Assembly (NCBI RefSeq): GCF_963506605.1
Contig: NC_083288.1
Coordinates: forward strand, 40,424,001 to 40,488,000
DNA length: 64,000 nt
Reading direction: 5' to 3'
Source of the DNA: Zootoca vivipara
Lineage: Eukaryota
Below the pieces are notes generated by a model that saw only the letters and a program-made list of their open reading frames with translations, searched no databases and was not told the origin of the DNA. The position numbers and the translations under genes are program-made. Positions 11,943 through 24,200 of the stretch are shown piece by piece (position 1 is the first letter of the stretch; each line of letters starts with the position of its first letter).

Positions 11943-12968
11943 TATTAATCCAACAACACCTGGAGAGCAATAGCCCCAAATGGCTTCCTTCAGCAGAACT
12001 TGCATTCTATAGTGCATTTGGAGATTAGTGTTTTCCCACGAATTGGTTTGGCATTGCAGCCAGCCTTGGCAAATGCTCCACTGAGTCACTCCCCTAAGGC
12101 TGTAAAGTATGCATTGACTGATCAGTCAAAACTTGATTTCAAAACTTCATTTTGAGTTTTAAAAATTGCCTCGGAGTAATTCCAGTGTAGCAAGATCACC
12201 ATGTCATAGTTCAAATATTAGGCAAATTAACAGAAGCTGAGTTTATCCACAGCTGTTAGTCTTGGTTGCAAAACATGACCTTCACGTTTAGATGCAGTCT
12301 ACTTCTGGAGAAGATCAGGTACTGGGGACAAACAATGCAGCTGGAAGCTCCTGTCTTTGTGTCCTCCCTGCCAGCTTTCCAGAAGTATCAGCCAGCTCAT
12401 TTTTGTAAACAGAAAAACTCAGCCTTCCCCACCCTGAAAACACCGACTGTCACATTGGATGATCAGAGGTCTTCCATGGGTCGGTTTTTCTGGGAAAGAA
12501 ACGTGTTAGATGCCTATTTCTTTCCAGATTAAATGCCTGGTTAGTGAACAGTTTTGTTTTCCAAGGTGCTGGGTTTTCCTTTGAGCAGCGGCAAAACGTG
12601 TTCCTTGCAGGGGGAAGATCCGCAGCATATTCAATTCATGGGATCCTTCGAAGTCCCCTCTGTTGTGCATTCATCTTTATTTGTGCTCATCGGGGTATTG
12701 CTGTGGTTATATGTGATGCCGCTCTCAATACTATTTGCTCCCACAAAAGTTTTGAAGAGGACATGCTGCTTCATTCCCAACCTCGTAACTTCCTGCTGAA
12801 ATCCTCTGTGTGTATATTTTCTTCACCTTAGCTCTACACCACAACCCCATACACCTGATGCTAAAAGGGGGAACTTCCAAGTCGGAGTATGTGTGTCAGA
12901 TAAGTCGAAATTAAGTCCTGAAACCTCTGCCAGGGCTTATCTACCTATCCTCTGCTCTTTCCAGGCAT

Positions 12969-13331
12969 CAGGGCCGTCTCTAGGCCCAGGTCCGGTGGCG
13001 CAGGGCACCAGGGCGCCAGGCCACCAGGGGCGCCGCCACGCCTGCTGAGAGGCGCGGCAGAGGCCACCCCAGGTGCGCCGGACGCAGCCCTAGGCGCGCC
13101 TCTCAGCTGTTCAGGCCACTCTCTGGAGGCGCGCGGGCCTGGGGCCACCTCCGCCGCGCGCAGGGGCGTCACAACAGGGGGCGGCCAGGCTGGATGGCGC
13201 AGGGCGCCAGCCCTCCAGGAGGTAGCTGCGCTGCGCGCTGTGCCCACCCGCCGCACTGGGAAATGGGGCGGGGGGGGGGTGCCAGAGGGATCCATCGCGC
13301 CAGGGCGCCAGGCATGCTTAAGACGGCCCTG
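12969..13331. mobile_element. GC-rich hAT (Tip100-like) non-autonomous element
   Basis: TIR cagggccgtct / agacggccctg; TSD ccaggcat/ccaggcaa. Confidence 0.85.
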
Positions 13332-13416
13332 CCAGGCAAGGCCCACACTTTAAAGCACAGCGTCTAAGCACCCTTTCCCTGCCACTCTGGTGCTTTCCCC
13401 ACAAAAACACACTCTT

Positions 13417-13964
13417 TATCTCTCGCTTGGACTACTGCAATGCGCTCTATGTGGTGCTACTTTTGAAGGTGACCCGGAAACTACAATTAATCCAGAATGT
13501 GGCAGCTAGACTGGTGACTGGGAGCAGCTGCCGAGACCACATAACACCGGTCTTGAAACACCTACATTGGCTCCCAGTACGTTTCCGAGCACAATTCAAA
13601 GTGTTGGTGCTGACCTTTAAAGCCCTAAATGGCCTCGGTCCAGTATACCTGAAGGAGCGTCTCCACCTCCATCGTTCTGCCCGGACACTGAGGTCCAGTG
13701 CCAAGGGCCTTCTGGCGGTTCCCTCGCTGCGAGAAGCCAAGTTACAGGGAACCAGGCAGAGGGCCTTCTCGGTAGTGGCACCTGCCCTGTGGAACGCCCT
13801 CCCACCAGATGTCAAAGAGAAAAACAACCACCAGACTTTTAGAGGACATCTGAAGGCAGCTCTGTTTAGGGAAGCTTTTAATGTTTAATAAATTATTGTA
13901 TTTTAGTATTTCTGTTGGAAGCCGCCCAGAGTGGCTGGGGAAGCCCAGCCAGATGGGTGCGGTA

Positions 13965-14004
<40 letters not shown>

Positions 14005-14005
14005 A

Positions 14006-14048
<43 letters not shown>
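13417..14048 (+). mobile_element. L2 3' fragment with (AAAT)n(TTA)n tail
   Basis: ORF 13427..13888 is the L2 ORF2 C-terminus. Confidence 0.9.
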
Positions 14049-14332
14049 TAAAATTCAATCAGCGCAAACAGCAACCGGCAGATAACCTGAATTGACATTT
14101 GCTCTGACTGAGTGCTGAAGAGCAGGGTTTTTTTTTTTTTGAGGGAAAAGCTCTGGAGCAAAAAAACCCCACACTTAGTCACAGAACTTTGCTTGGACAG
14201 AGAGGCAAAGGTGAGTGTGGGTAAGCCCTGTGCTAAGCAACGGGAAGAGAACTGTAGATCATTTGCGACTGGCTAGCTTTCACCATCTGTGTCTCTGATC
14301 TTCTACAGCTGAGTCATTCTCTGTTGCGGGCC

Positions 14333-15280
14333 ATGGCCAATCATTCTTCCCTGGTGAGCGAGTTCATCTTTGTCGGTTTCTCTGGGCTGCCGCAGTTCCG
14401 AATGCTCCTTTTTGTGCTGGTCCTTTCCATGTACACCGTGTCGCTTGCAGGGAATTCCATCATCACCACCGTGATCAAGTTAAACCCGGCCCTCCACACG
14501 CCCATGTACTTCTTCCTGACGAACCTGTCGCTGTTGGAGATATGCTACACGACAGCCATTGTCCCCAAGATGCTGGCCAACCTGTTGTCGGAGAATGGGA
14601 GGATCTCTCTCTGGGGCTGCGCTACCCAGATGTACTTTTTCACCCTCTTTGGCATCACGGAATGCTGTCTCCTTGCTGCCATGGCTTATGACCGCTATGT
14701 GGCCATTTGCAACCCACTGCGATACAGTGTTGTCATGAACCGAGGAATCTGTGCCCAGCTGTCGGTGGCCTCGTGGTCGGTGGGAGTGATGGTCGGACTG
14801 GGTCAAACTAACTATGTCTTTAGCCTGACCTACTGTGGGCCCAATAGGATCAACCACTTCTTCTGTGACATCCCTCCCCTCCTGACGCTAGCATGTGGAG
14901 ATACTTCAATGAACGTCATTGCAGTCTATATGGTGGCTGTTCTTTTCATCACGGCCCCTTTCCTTCTGATCCTCACGTCCTATGTATACATCATCACCTC
15001 TATTTTGAGGATGACATCAGCTGAGGGCAGGCGTAAGGCCTTCTCCACTTGCTCGTCCCATCTCATCGTCGTCTCCCTGTTCTACGGTTCAGGCATCATT
15101 ACGTACCTTAGGCCCAAATCCAGCTACTCGGCGTCGAGCGACAAGCTGCTGGCCCTGTTCTACACAGTTGTGACCTCCATGTTGAACCCCATAATCTACA
15201 GTCTGAGGAACAAGGAGGTCAAAGTGGCCTTGATGAAAACCATGGGTAGGAAACTATGCTGTGTGGAATGTAAAAAGTGA
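14333..15280 (+). CDS. Olfactory receptor, OR10 family-like (OR10C1/OR10A-like), 315 aa
   Basis: ATG at 14333 (MANHS sequon); [47 protein letters not shown]; splice acceptor at 14307-14308. Confidence 0.93.
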   Translation: MANHSSLVSEFIFVGFSGLPQFRMLLFVLVLSMYTVSLAGNSIITTVIKLNPALHTPMYFFLTNLSLLEICYTTAIVPKMLANLLSENGRISLWGCATQMYFFTLFGITECCLLAAMAYDRYVAICNPLRYSVVMNRGICAQLSVASWSVGVMVGLGQTNYVFSLTYCGPNRINHFFCDIPPLLTLACGDTSMNVIAVYMVAVLFITAPFLLILTSYVYIITSILRMTSAEGRRKAFSTCSSHLIVVSLFYGSGIITYLRPKSSYSASSDKLLALFYTVVTSMLNPIIYSLRNKEVKVALMKTMGRKLCCVECKK

Positions 15281-16059
15281 TCGTTGCTGGGATGGTGCCT
15301 CAGGGCACCACCCATATAATAAACCTTTAAATAAAACGTTTCTGACAGAAAACCTGCTTTCATCTAAATTCTTACCACACTTGCTGGGGACTTGTGCCTC
15401 TAAACAGCTCCAAGCTGCTTCCCTGTGTTCAGGAAATGATGGGTTAAGGCAGGGGAAGGGCAATCCAGATGTTGTGGGATTATAAATCCTAACCTTCAGC
15501 TATACTGGCTGAGGTTGATCTGAGTTGGAAGTCTAACAACATCTGGAGAGCTACAGGTTTCCATCCCTATGCTAGGGGAACTGCCTCCCACAGAGATTCT
15601 GGCTCTGTATTACTTGAGAAGAAATTATGGTTGGTTTGGTAGAGACAACCCAACCAGCACACTAACAAGAATACCAAAAGGAGGTAAGTGTAGGTCATGC
15701 TCTGATCATTTAATCTGCACCACAGAATGCCCCTGTTAGGTACTTTGGGGAGCAATGGAGATGGATCATGGTTTTTCAGATAATCAAGGTTCATTGGGAG
15801 AAACATGACAAAGTAGACAAATTATTAACTATAATTCTTGCCAGGCACAGAGGGGCAGGAGAGGGGTCATGCTGCAATTGTGTATTGCATACCTCCAGCA
15901 CCTTGCTGATCAAAATCAGGACCCTCATTTTCTGGTTCTGAGCACACCAGAGCACGAGACCAAAACACAAGCATCCTTTGCTTGGACATGGACTGGGAAC
16001 GTGCGGACCTGTTGCCTAGAAAGTGCGAGACAAAAGGTAAGTGTGGATAAGCCCTAAGT

Positions 16060-16705
16060 AGAGGAGCTGGAGATGGCTTCTTCTTTCTTTGGCGATCACT
16101 TGTAGCCGAGTAAGATCGTCTTCCATAATTCTGGATCCACATGTCCTTCCACAGTGGGGACATAGGTTTCCGGGCAGAAGTTGATCATGGTGAGGGTTTG
16201 CCAAGTGTGCCTTCCTCTTAGCAAGTTTCTCCCTTTCGTCATGAGTTAGAACGTCTTCAAAGTTCATTACACCTTTGGTAAAGGCTGTTCTCCAATTGGA
16301 GTGCTTGCAGACTAGTGTTTCCCAGTTGTGAGTGTTTATACTATATATTGTTTACATTTGCCTTGAGACAGTCTTTAAACTTCTTTTGTTGACCACCAGC
16401 ATCACGCTTTCCATTTTAAAGTTCGGAATAGAGTAGTTGCTTTGGAAGATGATAAACAGGCATCTGCACAACATGACCAGTCCAACGAAGTTGATGTTGA
16501 AGAATCATGGCTTTGACACTGGTGATCTTTGCTTCGCCTATCTTCCCAAGTGATGTGTAAATTTTTTTTGGATACGTTCATTACCCTTAGCAATGACCTT
16601 CCATAACTGTTTCCATAACTGCTTCGACATAATCTCCTCACAGTTTTATAACTGCTCTGGGGTTCATTCAGAAGTTGACTGAGCTGCATCTGTAGACACT
16701 TGTTT
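16060..16705 (-). mobile_element. RTE-clade LINE 3' fragment (degenerate)
   Basis: Translated remnants include ITWEDRR and LCPHCGRTCGSRI. Confidence 0.65.
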
Positions 16706-17182
16706 GTAAGGACTCAAAATACATAGACTGGGCTTGGTCTCAGGCTCCCTAGGTGTGGCCTTTTAAGCTCGTGAGGGAAGTAGCTGAACTGTGGGGAGCG
16801 TAAGATGCACTCTTTACAGGAGGGATGCTGGCCAAACTACTTTATTTAGAACAAACTCAAACACACACGCAGGGGTGCACCTAGGAGTTGGTCAGGTCAG
16901 CCTCCCTACCAAGGCCCAGGGGGAGCACAAAAACCGTGACTCTCCACTCTGCTCGGAGTGGCTAGGGGCCTGCCTGCCTGCTCAGAAAATGGACCGATGG
17001 AGGAGGAGGAGGAGGGGAAGCAGCCCAGACCGTGATTACCATGGAGAAAGTCACTGGTGGGGCATGAAAGGTAATGAAAAGAAACCTTTCTGAGTTTCTG
17101 GTCTCCGGACTATTCTGGCTTCAGAGGCCCCAATATAGCTCCTTGTGAAGGGTGCAAGGGAGCCTAGGTACACCTCTGCACA

Positions 17183-17943
17183 CAAGACATTCCCTGGTTC
17201 TGAATGGGGTAACTGTGCCCCTGAAGGACCAGGTGCGCAGCCTGGGAGTCATTCTGGACTCACAGCTGTCCATGGAGGCGCAGGTCAATTCTGTGTCCAG
17301 GGCAGCTGTCTATCAGCTCCATCTGGTACGCAGGCTGAGACCCTACCTGCCTGCAGACTGTCTTGCCAGAGTGGTGCATGCTCTAGTTATCTCCCGCTTG
17401 GACTACTGCAATGCGCTCTACGTGGGGCTACCTTTGAAGGTGACTCGGAAACTACAACTAATCCAGAATGCAGCAGCTAGACTGGTGACTGGGAGCGGCC
17501 GCCGAGACCACATAACACCGGTCTTGAAAGATCTACACTGGCTCCCAGTACATTTCCGAGCACAATTCAAGGTGTTGGTGCTGACCTTTAAAGCCCTAAA
17601 TGGCCTTGGTCCAGTATACCTGAAGGAGCGTCTCCACCTCCATCATTCTGCCCGGACACTGAGGTCCAGCACCAAGGGCCTTCTGGCAGTTCCCTCGTTG
17701 CGAGAAGCCAAATTGCAGGGAACTAGGCAGAGGGCCTTCTCGGTGGTGGCGCCCGCCCTGTGGAACGCCCTCCCAACAGATGTCAAAGAGGAAAACAACT
17801 ACCAGACTTTTAGAAGACATCTGAAGGGAGCCCTGTTCAGGGAGGCTTTTAATGTTTAATAGATTACTGTGTTTTATTTTTCTGTTGGAAGCCGCCCAGA
17901 GTGGCTGGGGAAACCCAGCCAGATGGGCAGGGTATAAATAATA

Positions 17944-17995
<52 letters not shown>
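17183..17995 (+). mobile_element. L2 3' portion with an intact ORF2 C-terminal frame
   Basis: ORF 17152..17859 (VRSLGVILDSQL, LDYCNALY, HITPVLKDLHWLP, LWNALP) plus (TTA)n tail. Confidence 0.92.
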
Positions 17996-18404
17996 CATGA
18001 TAAAAGCCCACCCCAAAAAATCTCTCTTCAACAACCAATCTCTACAGCTCCTGAACTTTTTTCTTTTTTTGGGGGGTGGGAACGTGGACCAGAACTGCTT
18101 CAGACTTTGGTGAACTTGACTGCATAAAACACAGACTGCATTCCCTTAACATTATGGGAGCAGCTTTTGGAATGAATAATTTCCACAGGGCTTCAACTTA
18201 TTGTGCTGGGAAATCAAGGACACCTTTTTGTCTTATCATTGGTCATTGGAGACATAAAGAGATGTTTGCTGGCACTGAGGCAGAGCTCTGGCGCATGTTA
18301 TTCCCTTGTGTGCTGGGACTTAAAGGGAAAGACTGGGCTGCCAGAGGAACAGACAGACTCTTCCTTGATCTCAAGGCAGATGAGAGGCATTCTTAAGTGT
18401 GAAT

Positions 18405-18422
18405 ATGCACCAGTCATTGCAA
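18405..18422 (+). CDS. Predicted upstream coding mini-exon of OR5V1-like copy 1 (MHQSLQ)
   Basis: AAT ATG CAC CAG TCA TTG CAA|GTGTGT within the block conserved upstream of all five paralogs; phase 0. Confidence 0.68.
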
Positions 18423-18507
18423 GTGTGTATTAGCAATTGGTTTAATGGGGGTAGTGTTATGACTAAGGTCAAGGATGAAGGAAGCTGGGAACACGTAATG
18501 TTTATAA

Positions 18508-18713
18508 GGGTTAATTACACTCATCTTTTGCCCCACTCTTTCCAGGTACAGGCCCACACTTAAAAGCTCTATGTCCTTTTTTGCCTCGAAGTTTTCCCGC
18601 GGAAATATGCTCTTTAGTACTCAATCAGAGCAAATGTCAATTCGGGTTCTCCACAGATTGCTGTTTGTTCCTACTGAGTTTTAGAGAGTGGCTTTTCACA
18701 GGCAAAGCTCTGG

Positions 18714-18762
<49 letters not shown>

Positions 18763-18838
18763 CGGTGCTTGGACATGGAGATTTAGAATGCAGACTGTGC
18801 TTGGAAAGAGAGGAGGAAAGGTAAGTGTAGATAAGCCC
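18508..18838. mobile_element. PIF/Harbinger-like MITE containing (CAA)n
   Basis: TAA/TTA flanks; right end ggtaagtgtagataagccc. Confidence 0.55.
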
Positions 18839-19149
18839 TTAGCTAGTACAGATAGAAGGAGCAAGGCGCCTCAACAGAAAGGATCTATGGAATGGGAGTG
18901 ATACATAGAATGTTCTGGAAAGGATGTTCAGGTGAATAGGAATATGTCTTAGATGAGCGTTCTCACAGAAAAATTCAAAAATCCACATTCGAGTAAAGAC
19001 TGTATTAGGCCCAACAAAATATTAGGAAATGGTGAGCAAATGTTTGAGTTCTCCAGAAGGCTTCAGCTGGCTAGGTGGCAAACACTCTTGCGGATTAGGA
19101 ATTGATTATGTTAGAAGGAAGCAGAGGAATAAAGGGAGACTTCTCCAAC

Positions 19150-19705
19150 TGAAGAGATTTAGAAAGTGGAGTCCCCCAAGGATCGGGAACCTGTGCTTTT
19201 AATCTTCTTCCTAAGTGATGAGGAGTCAGGTGGCCAGGTTAGTTGATGATACAAGATGTTCAGGGCCATTAAAACAAAGAGATTGCAAAGTCCTCCAAAA
19301 GGACCTCCTCAAACCGAGTGAACGTAAAATGGGAAATACAATTAAAAGCAAACAAGTGTAAAGTGATGCATGTTGGTGCAAAGAAGTATCTTGATTTCAC
19401 ATATTTGCACATGGGGGTCTGAACTGGCAATGGTCGACCAGGAACAACATCTCAGGGTTGTAAATGGATAGCTCAGTAAAGATGTCCACCCATTGTGCAG
19501 CAGTTGTGAGAAAGGTAAATCCCATGCTAGGGATCATTAGAAAAGAAACTGGAAATAAAAAATGCCAGTATAATAATGCAATTATACAAATGTATGGTAT
19601 GGCTGCCTTTGGAATACAGTACTGTGTACCGTTCTGGTTGCCTCACCTGAAAAAGGATGTTATAGAGTGGGAAAAGGTTCAGAATAGGGCCACCAAAATG
19701 ACCAT
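19150..19705 (+). mobile_element. CR1 LINE ORF2 fragment (old)
   Basis: SGVPQGS-like segment, KCKVMH, EKVQNRATKM. Confidence 0.8.
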
Positions 19706-19947
19706 GTCTTGAGTCTGGTGGACGTGCAATGGAGGGGATGGTGTGATGCAGAGGAAGAGTGGGAGCAGCTGGGGAGATGGGTTGAAGCTGAACTACCTGG
19801 GGGGAAGAGTCCCAGCAGGCTGCGGGAGGTGAAACTGGGCTGCTAAAAAGTATTAGAACCCGAGGAGGGAAGCAATGAGCTAGAGCTGGACCCAGGAGAG
19901 GGATGAAGTGGTCTGTCAAAATTGTTCTGCCCCTGTAATTTAGAATA

Positions 19948-20148
19948 CAGTGATTCCTCAACTTACGAATTTAATCCGTTCCGAAGGCACCTCCGTAGGT
20001 TGAAAAATTCGTAAGTCGAAAAATCCCTATCTAAAACCACTGCGGTTGCCTTTCAGATGTCGAGACATTCGTAAGGGTGCGGCCATTACCCCCGTTCGTA
20101 AGTCGAAAAATCCGGTTGTTGAGTCGTCCGTAAGTCGAGGTACCACTG
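19948..20148. mobile_element. Tigger-type MITE
   Basis: TA-flanked cagtgattcctcaacttacg / cgtaagtcgaggtaccactg. Confidence 0.82.
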
Positions 20149-20149
20149 T

Positions 20150-20930
20150 AGATATATCTAACCCTCGTTTTAAACTACCCAAGCTGTTGGCCATCACTAC
20201 ATCATGTGGGAGTGAATTATAGGGTTTAAATATGCACTGTGTGAAGAAGTCCTTTTTAATTTTTTTCCCCTTGACTCTACCAGCACTCAGCTTTATGGGA
20301 TGGATCCAGGTTTTAGTACTATGTAAGGGAGAGAAAAACCTCTCCAAACCCACTCTCTGAGCACCATGCATTATTGTGTACACCTCTATCATGTCCCCAC
20401 AGTACTTGACCTCCCCCCACCCCAACTAAGAAGTCCTAGTTGTAACCTTACTCCACATAGGAAACCGCTTACTAATTTTGGTTGCCCCTTTTCTGAACAT
20501 TTTCCATTTCTACAGTATCCTTCTTAGAATCATAGGATTATAGTGTTGAAAGGGACCTCAAGGGTCCAACCCCTTGCAATGGAGGGATCCTGTCCACAGT
20601 CAACCCTTGGTGGGCTCAATTGCGCCACCTTGAGGCTGAGGCCAGCTGACCAGATCCAAGTGTGAGGTCAACACAGGTTTCTATAATGGCATTATAATGG
20701 CAGGTTTATTCTTCCTAATCGGGTGTCTGTCTTTTCTTCAGCTGCTGCATGCTGAGTTAACATTTTCATTGAACTGTCCACTTAGGCCCCTAAGGCCCTG
20801 CTCCTTGATCAGGCCCTGCCAGTCCAAACCATGTCAGGATAAGTGTGAACATTGGATTGTTTGCCCCAAGGTACATCCATTCACATTTCCTTACACTGAA
20901 TTGTATTTGCCCATTTAACTTCTCACAAAC
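20150..20930 (-). mobile_element. CR1 LINE fragments (old)
   Basis: GDMIEVY, ERFFS and WNSLP-like remnants on the - strand. Confidence 0.7.
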
Positions 20931-21029
20931 CCAATTTGGAGAGCTCCTCTTAGAGCTCCTCTCAATCCCTACCATGTATGCAGCCTTCAACATGCCTATT
21001 GTGTCTCTTATGCTTTCAAACTCTTCCAG

Positions 21030-22031
21030 GAAAGCTCTTTTCTGAACGGAGAAATTGGGAACGGCACCCAAGTGACAGAATTCATCTTAATGGGGATTTC
21101 TAATCTCCCTGTGGTTCGCTTCTCCCTGTTTGCTGCCATTTTGCTCATCTACCTGATCACGCTGGTAGGAAATGGCACCATTCTTCTTGCCATAGCAATG
21201 AGCTCTCACCTGCACAGCCCCATGTATTTCTTCCTCAGCCACCTTTCCTTGCTGGACATCTGCTTCCCGACAGCTACGGTGCCCAAGATGCTGGAGAACT
21301 TCTTGTTAGAGATCAATACCATTTCCTTTGCTGGCTGTGTGCTACAACTCTACTTCCTGGTGGCACTGGTAGGGACAGAGGTCTACCTCTTGTCTGCCAT
21401 GGCCTATGACCGCTATGTGGCCATATGCAACCCTCTACGATACACAGTTATCATGAGCAAGAAGCTTTGTCTTCAGCTGGCAGCGGTTACCTGGGTCACA
21501 GGGTTCCTCAACTCCTTGCTCCACACAGTCATGACGTTCACTCTAACTTTCTGCAGATCCAACAGAGTCAATCAATACTACTGTGACATCGCGCCAGTGC
21601 AGGCATTATCGTGTGCTTCTACTTACGCAGCTGAAATGTTGGTCCTTACTGTTGGTGGATTTTTGGGTGTGGGGGCTTTCTTTGTGACACTGGTCTCTTA
21701 CATCTACATCATCTCCACCATCCTCAGGATCCGTTCTGCTGAGGGGAAGCGCAAGGCCTTCTCCACTTGCGCCTCCCATCTAATTGTCGTGCTCCTCTTC
21801 TATGGTACCATGATATTCACTTACATAAGGCCTCTCAACAGTCGCCATCCGGACCGGGACAGGATGGTGAGCATGCTCTCTGGGGTGGTTACCTCCATGG
21901 TGAATCCCTTGATCTACAGCCTTAGGAATAAGGAAGTCAAGGTGACCTTGAAGAGGGTGATAGTTCATATGTGCTCAAAGAGGGAAGGTGTGACAGGTGT
22001 GTTATCTGTACAGTATTTCTCCGTTAGATGA
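21030..22031 (+). CDS. OR5V1-like olfactory receptor copy 1, main exon (internal ATG replaced by ATT; about 339 aa with the upstream exon)
   Basis: Acceptor ttcCAG at 21027-21029; open frame ESSFLNGEIGNGTQVTEF...; all OR motifs intact. Confidence 0.88.
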   Translation, partial: ESSFLNGEIGNGTQVTEFILMGISNLPVVRFSLFAAILLIYLITLVGNGTILLAIAMSSHLHSPMYFFLSHLSLLDICFPTATVPKMLENFLLEINTISFAGCVLQLYFLVALVGTEVYLLSAMAYDRYVAICNPLRYTVIMSKKLCLQLAAVTWVTGFLNSLLHTVMTFTLTFCRSNRVNQYYCDIAPVQALSCASTYAAEMLVLTVGGFLGVGAFFVTLVSYIYIISTILRIRSAEGKRKAFSTCASHLIVVLLFYGTMIFTYIRPLNSRHPDRDRMVSMLSGVVTSMVNPLIYSLRNKEVKVTLKRVIVHMCSKREGVTGVLSVQYFSVR

Positions 22032-22283
22032 AAATGGACACATAAGTAATTCTGAGCCAATGAAATATAGTATACCCATTTTTTGAAAGGGGAAACAAAG
22101 GTAACATTTTGTCTCAGTTTTGTGGGATTTTATTGAATACATAAAATAAAAATACGTAACTAGCTCTGTTTCTATACCTTCTTTTAAAAAATACTCTTCA
22201 ACATATTTCCATTCTGCTGATGATGACATATTTCCACTAGCTAGAAATGGAGCTAGTGATTTGTTTTGATTAAGAAAACACAT

Positions 22284-22338
<55 letters not shown>

Positions 22339-22339
22339 G

Positions 22340-22575
22340 TAAAGCTCCTGCCCACCTAGCAGTTCGAAAGCACATCAAAGTGCAAGTAGATAAATAGGGA
22401 CCGCTCTGGCAGGAAGGTAAACGGCGTTTCTGTGCGCTGCTCTGGTTCGCCAGAAGCAGCTTTGTCATGATGGCCGAAGCAGTCTGCGGACAAACTCCGG
22501 CTCCCTCGGCCTATAGAGCGAGATGAGCACTGCAACCCCAGAGTTGGACACGACTGGACCTGATGGTCAGGTGCG
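22340..22575 (+). mobile_element. 5'-truncated Sauria SINE between two (TA)n tracts
   Basis: Matches the 3' two-thirds of the other Sauria copies. Confidence 0.85.
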
Positions 22576-22612
<37 letters not shown>

Positions 22613-23974
22613 ATGAAATAACTAAATAATAAGCCTAGGACTCTAAATCAATAAGAGGTAAAGCAAGTTATGTGATTATAGTAAGGGAAACGATACATTG
22701 GCGATTGGAAGTCAATTTTAAATTACAATGAATAGATTTTATGTTTACATGTTTATATTTTATAAATTTGTTTGGGGATATGTTATGTTTCGTTTAATTT
22801 GATATTGTTTACTATTTACTGTTTAAATGATTTAATTTGCCCAACAAGTTTCAATTATTTTTGGTTGAATTTGTTTATTAATTTATGTTTGTTAATTTAT
22901 GTTGGGTGGCTTAAGTGTGTATTTATGTTATTATAGTTATTCCCTTGTGTGTGTGTTTGTGTAATTTTCTAATTTTTTTGAATAAAGATTGAATTTTAAA
23001 TTAAAAATAAATAAATAAGAATACGTAAAAAAGAAAATGTAAAACTCTCTCCAGACATTTGGGATAAGTAACTTCTAATTGGTTGAACCAATTGGCGTGC
23101 TCTGGTCCATGGGGTCATGAAGAGTCGGACACAACTAAATGACTAAACAACAAAATTGGTTGAACATTTTGCTTGATGTAATATGGAGACTTCTTTTCTT
23201 GGTTCTCCTTGTGGCTCTGGTCGTTTCAGTTATAGGTTTATTTTTCCGTTTCACTTATAGATCCCCCCCCCCCGCAAGATAGATTGTTTTCTCTACAGGG
23301 GCTTTCCTTTCAAGTGTTGAAATTTGATGTGGCAGAGTCCACACACAGAGTAACCACTTCTGTGAGCAGAAAGTACTAGGGATGATGCGGAGAGGTGTTC
23401 TCGCTTGGCCCCATGTGTTCTCGGGACATCAAAGCCATGGACTTTGGACGAAACCATAATTATTTTTATACTTCTTCTGAGGACCTTTTCGGAGGGAGCT
23501 CTGTGGTAGCAGATGAGATGGAGACTGAACCATTACTGTGAACAAGGACCTGTGGGACTCACGAGGAAGGTGAAAACACTTGCATGGTCCCATTTTGGGA
23601 CGAGAGAAATGTGTATGTCCATCACCATATTTCAACTTCAATACCTACAGGGAGCACAATCTCCCTGTGGTTTAATAACTTCTATGGGCTTTGTCTTGGA
23701 GGTCACCAAGTACCATGAATTATAGACATTTTAATGGTAAGCCTTCCAACATGTAGGCCCAGCTCCACATGTGTGATTCCTCAATCTTGTTCTTAATGCT
23801 TGGACTCAGTGATGACTTATGTTGGGATACAATAAAGTTGTTTCTGAGCATATCCAAAGTGTCTCCTGTGATGAACCCCCTTGCCGACGTTGCCAATAGA
23901 TTATGAGACGAAAGGGTACAGGGGTAAAGCAATCCCCACTCAATTCCTTATGTCTCAAAATAAACCCCTCAATT

Positions 23975-24200
23975 CTTTGCCCAGTTCCAAAATGGCCACC
24001 GTGCCAGAAGTCGCACTGCAGCCATTTTGGAACTGGGCAGAACAGTATCAAAAGTCACTTCTGAGCATGCTCCGCCCAGTTCCAAAATGGCCACCGCGCC
24101 AGAATAAACCGGGAAGAAACAAAAAAAATCCGTTTTTTCAGCTAGGAGCAGCTGGAAAAACGGGGATTTCCCGGGGAAAACGGGAGACTTGGCAGCTATG
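23975..24200. mobile_element. Partial copy of the 1133-1470 hAT element (inverted)
   Basis: Ends gacttggcagctatg; shares the gcccagttccaaaatggc repeats. Confidence 0.8.

Larger units (their letters stand above)
12933..14228. mobile_element. PIF/Harbinger-like MITE hosting hAT and L2 insertions
   Basis: Termini gggcttatctacc / gtgggtaagccc. An uninterrupted relative lies at 18508-18838 and a right end at about 15980-16054, both TAA/TTA-flanked. Confidence 0.55.

Noticed and set aside
18581-18901. Poly-Q, poly-C, poly-I, poly-Y and poly-H ORFs
   Set aside because: Translations of (CAA)n, (AAT)n and (CAT)n microsatellites.
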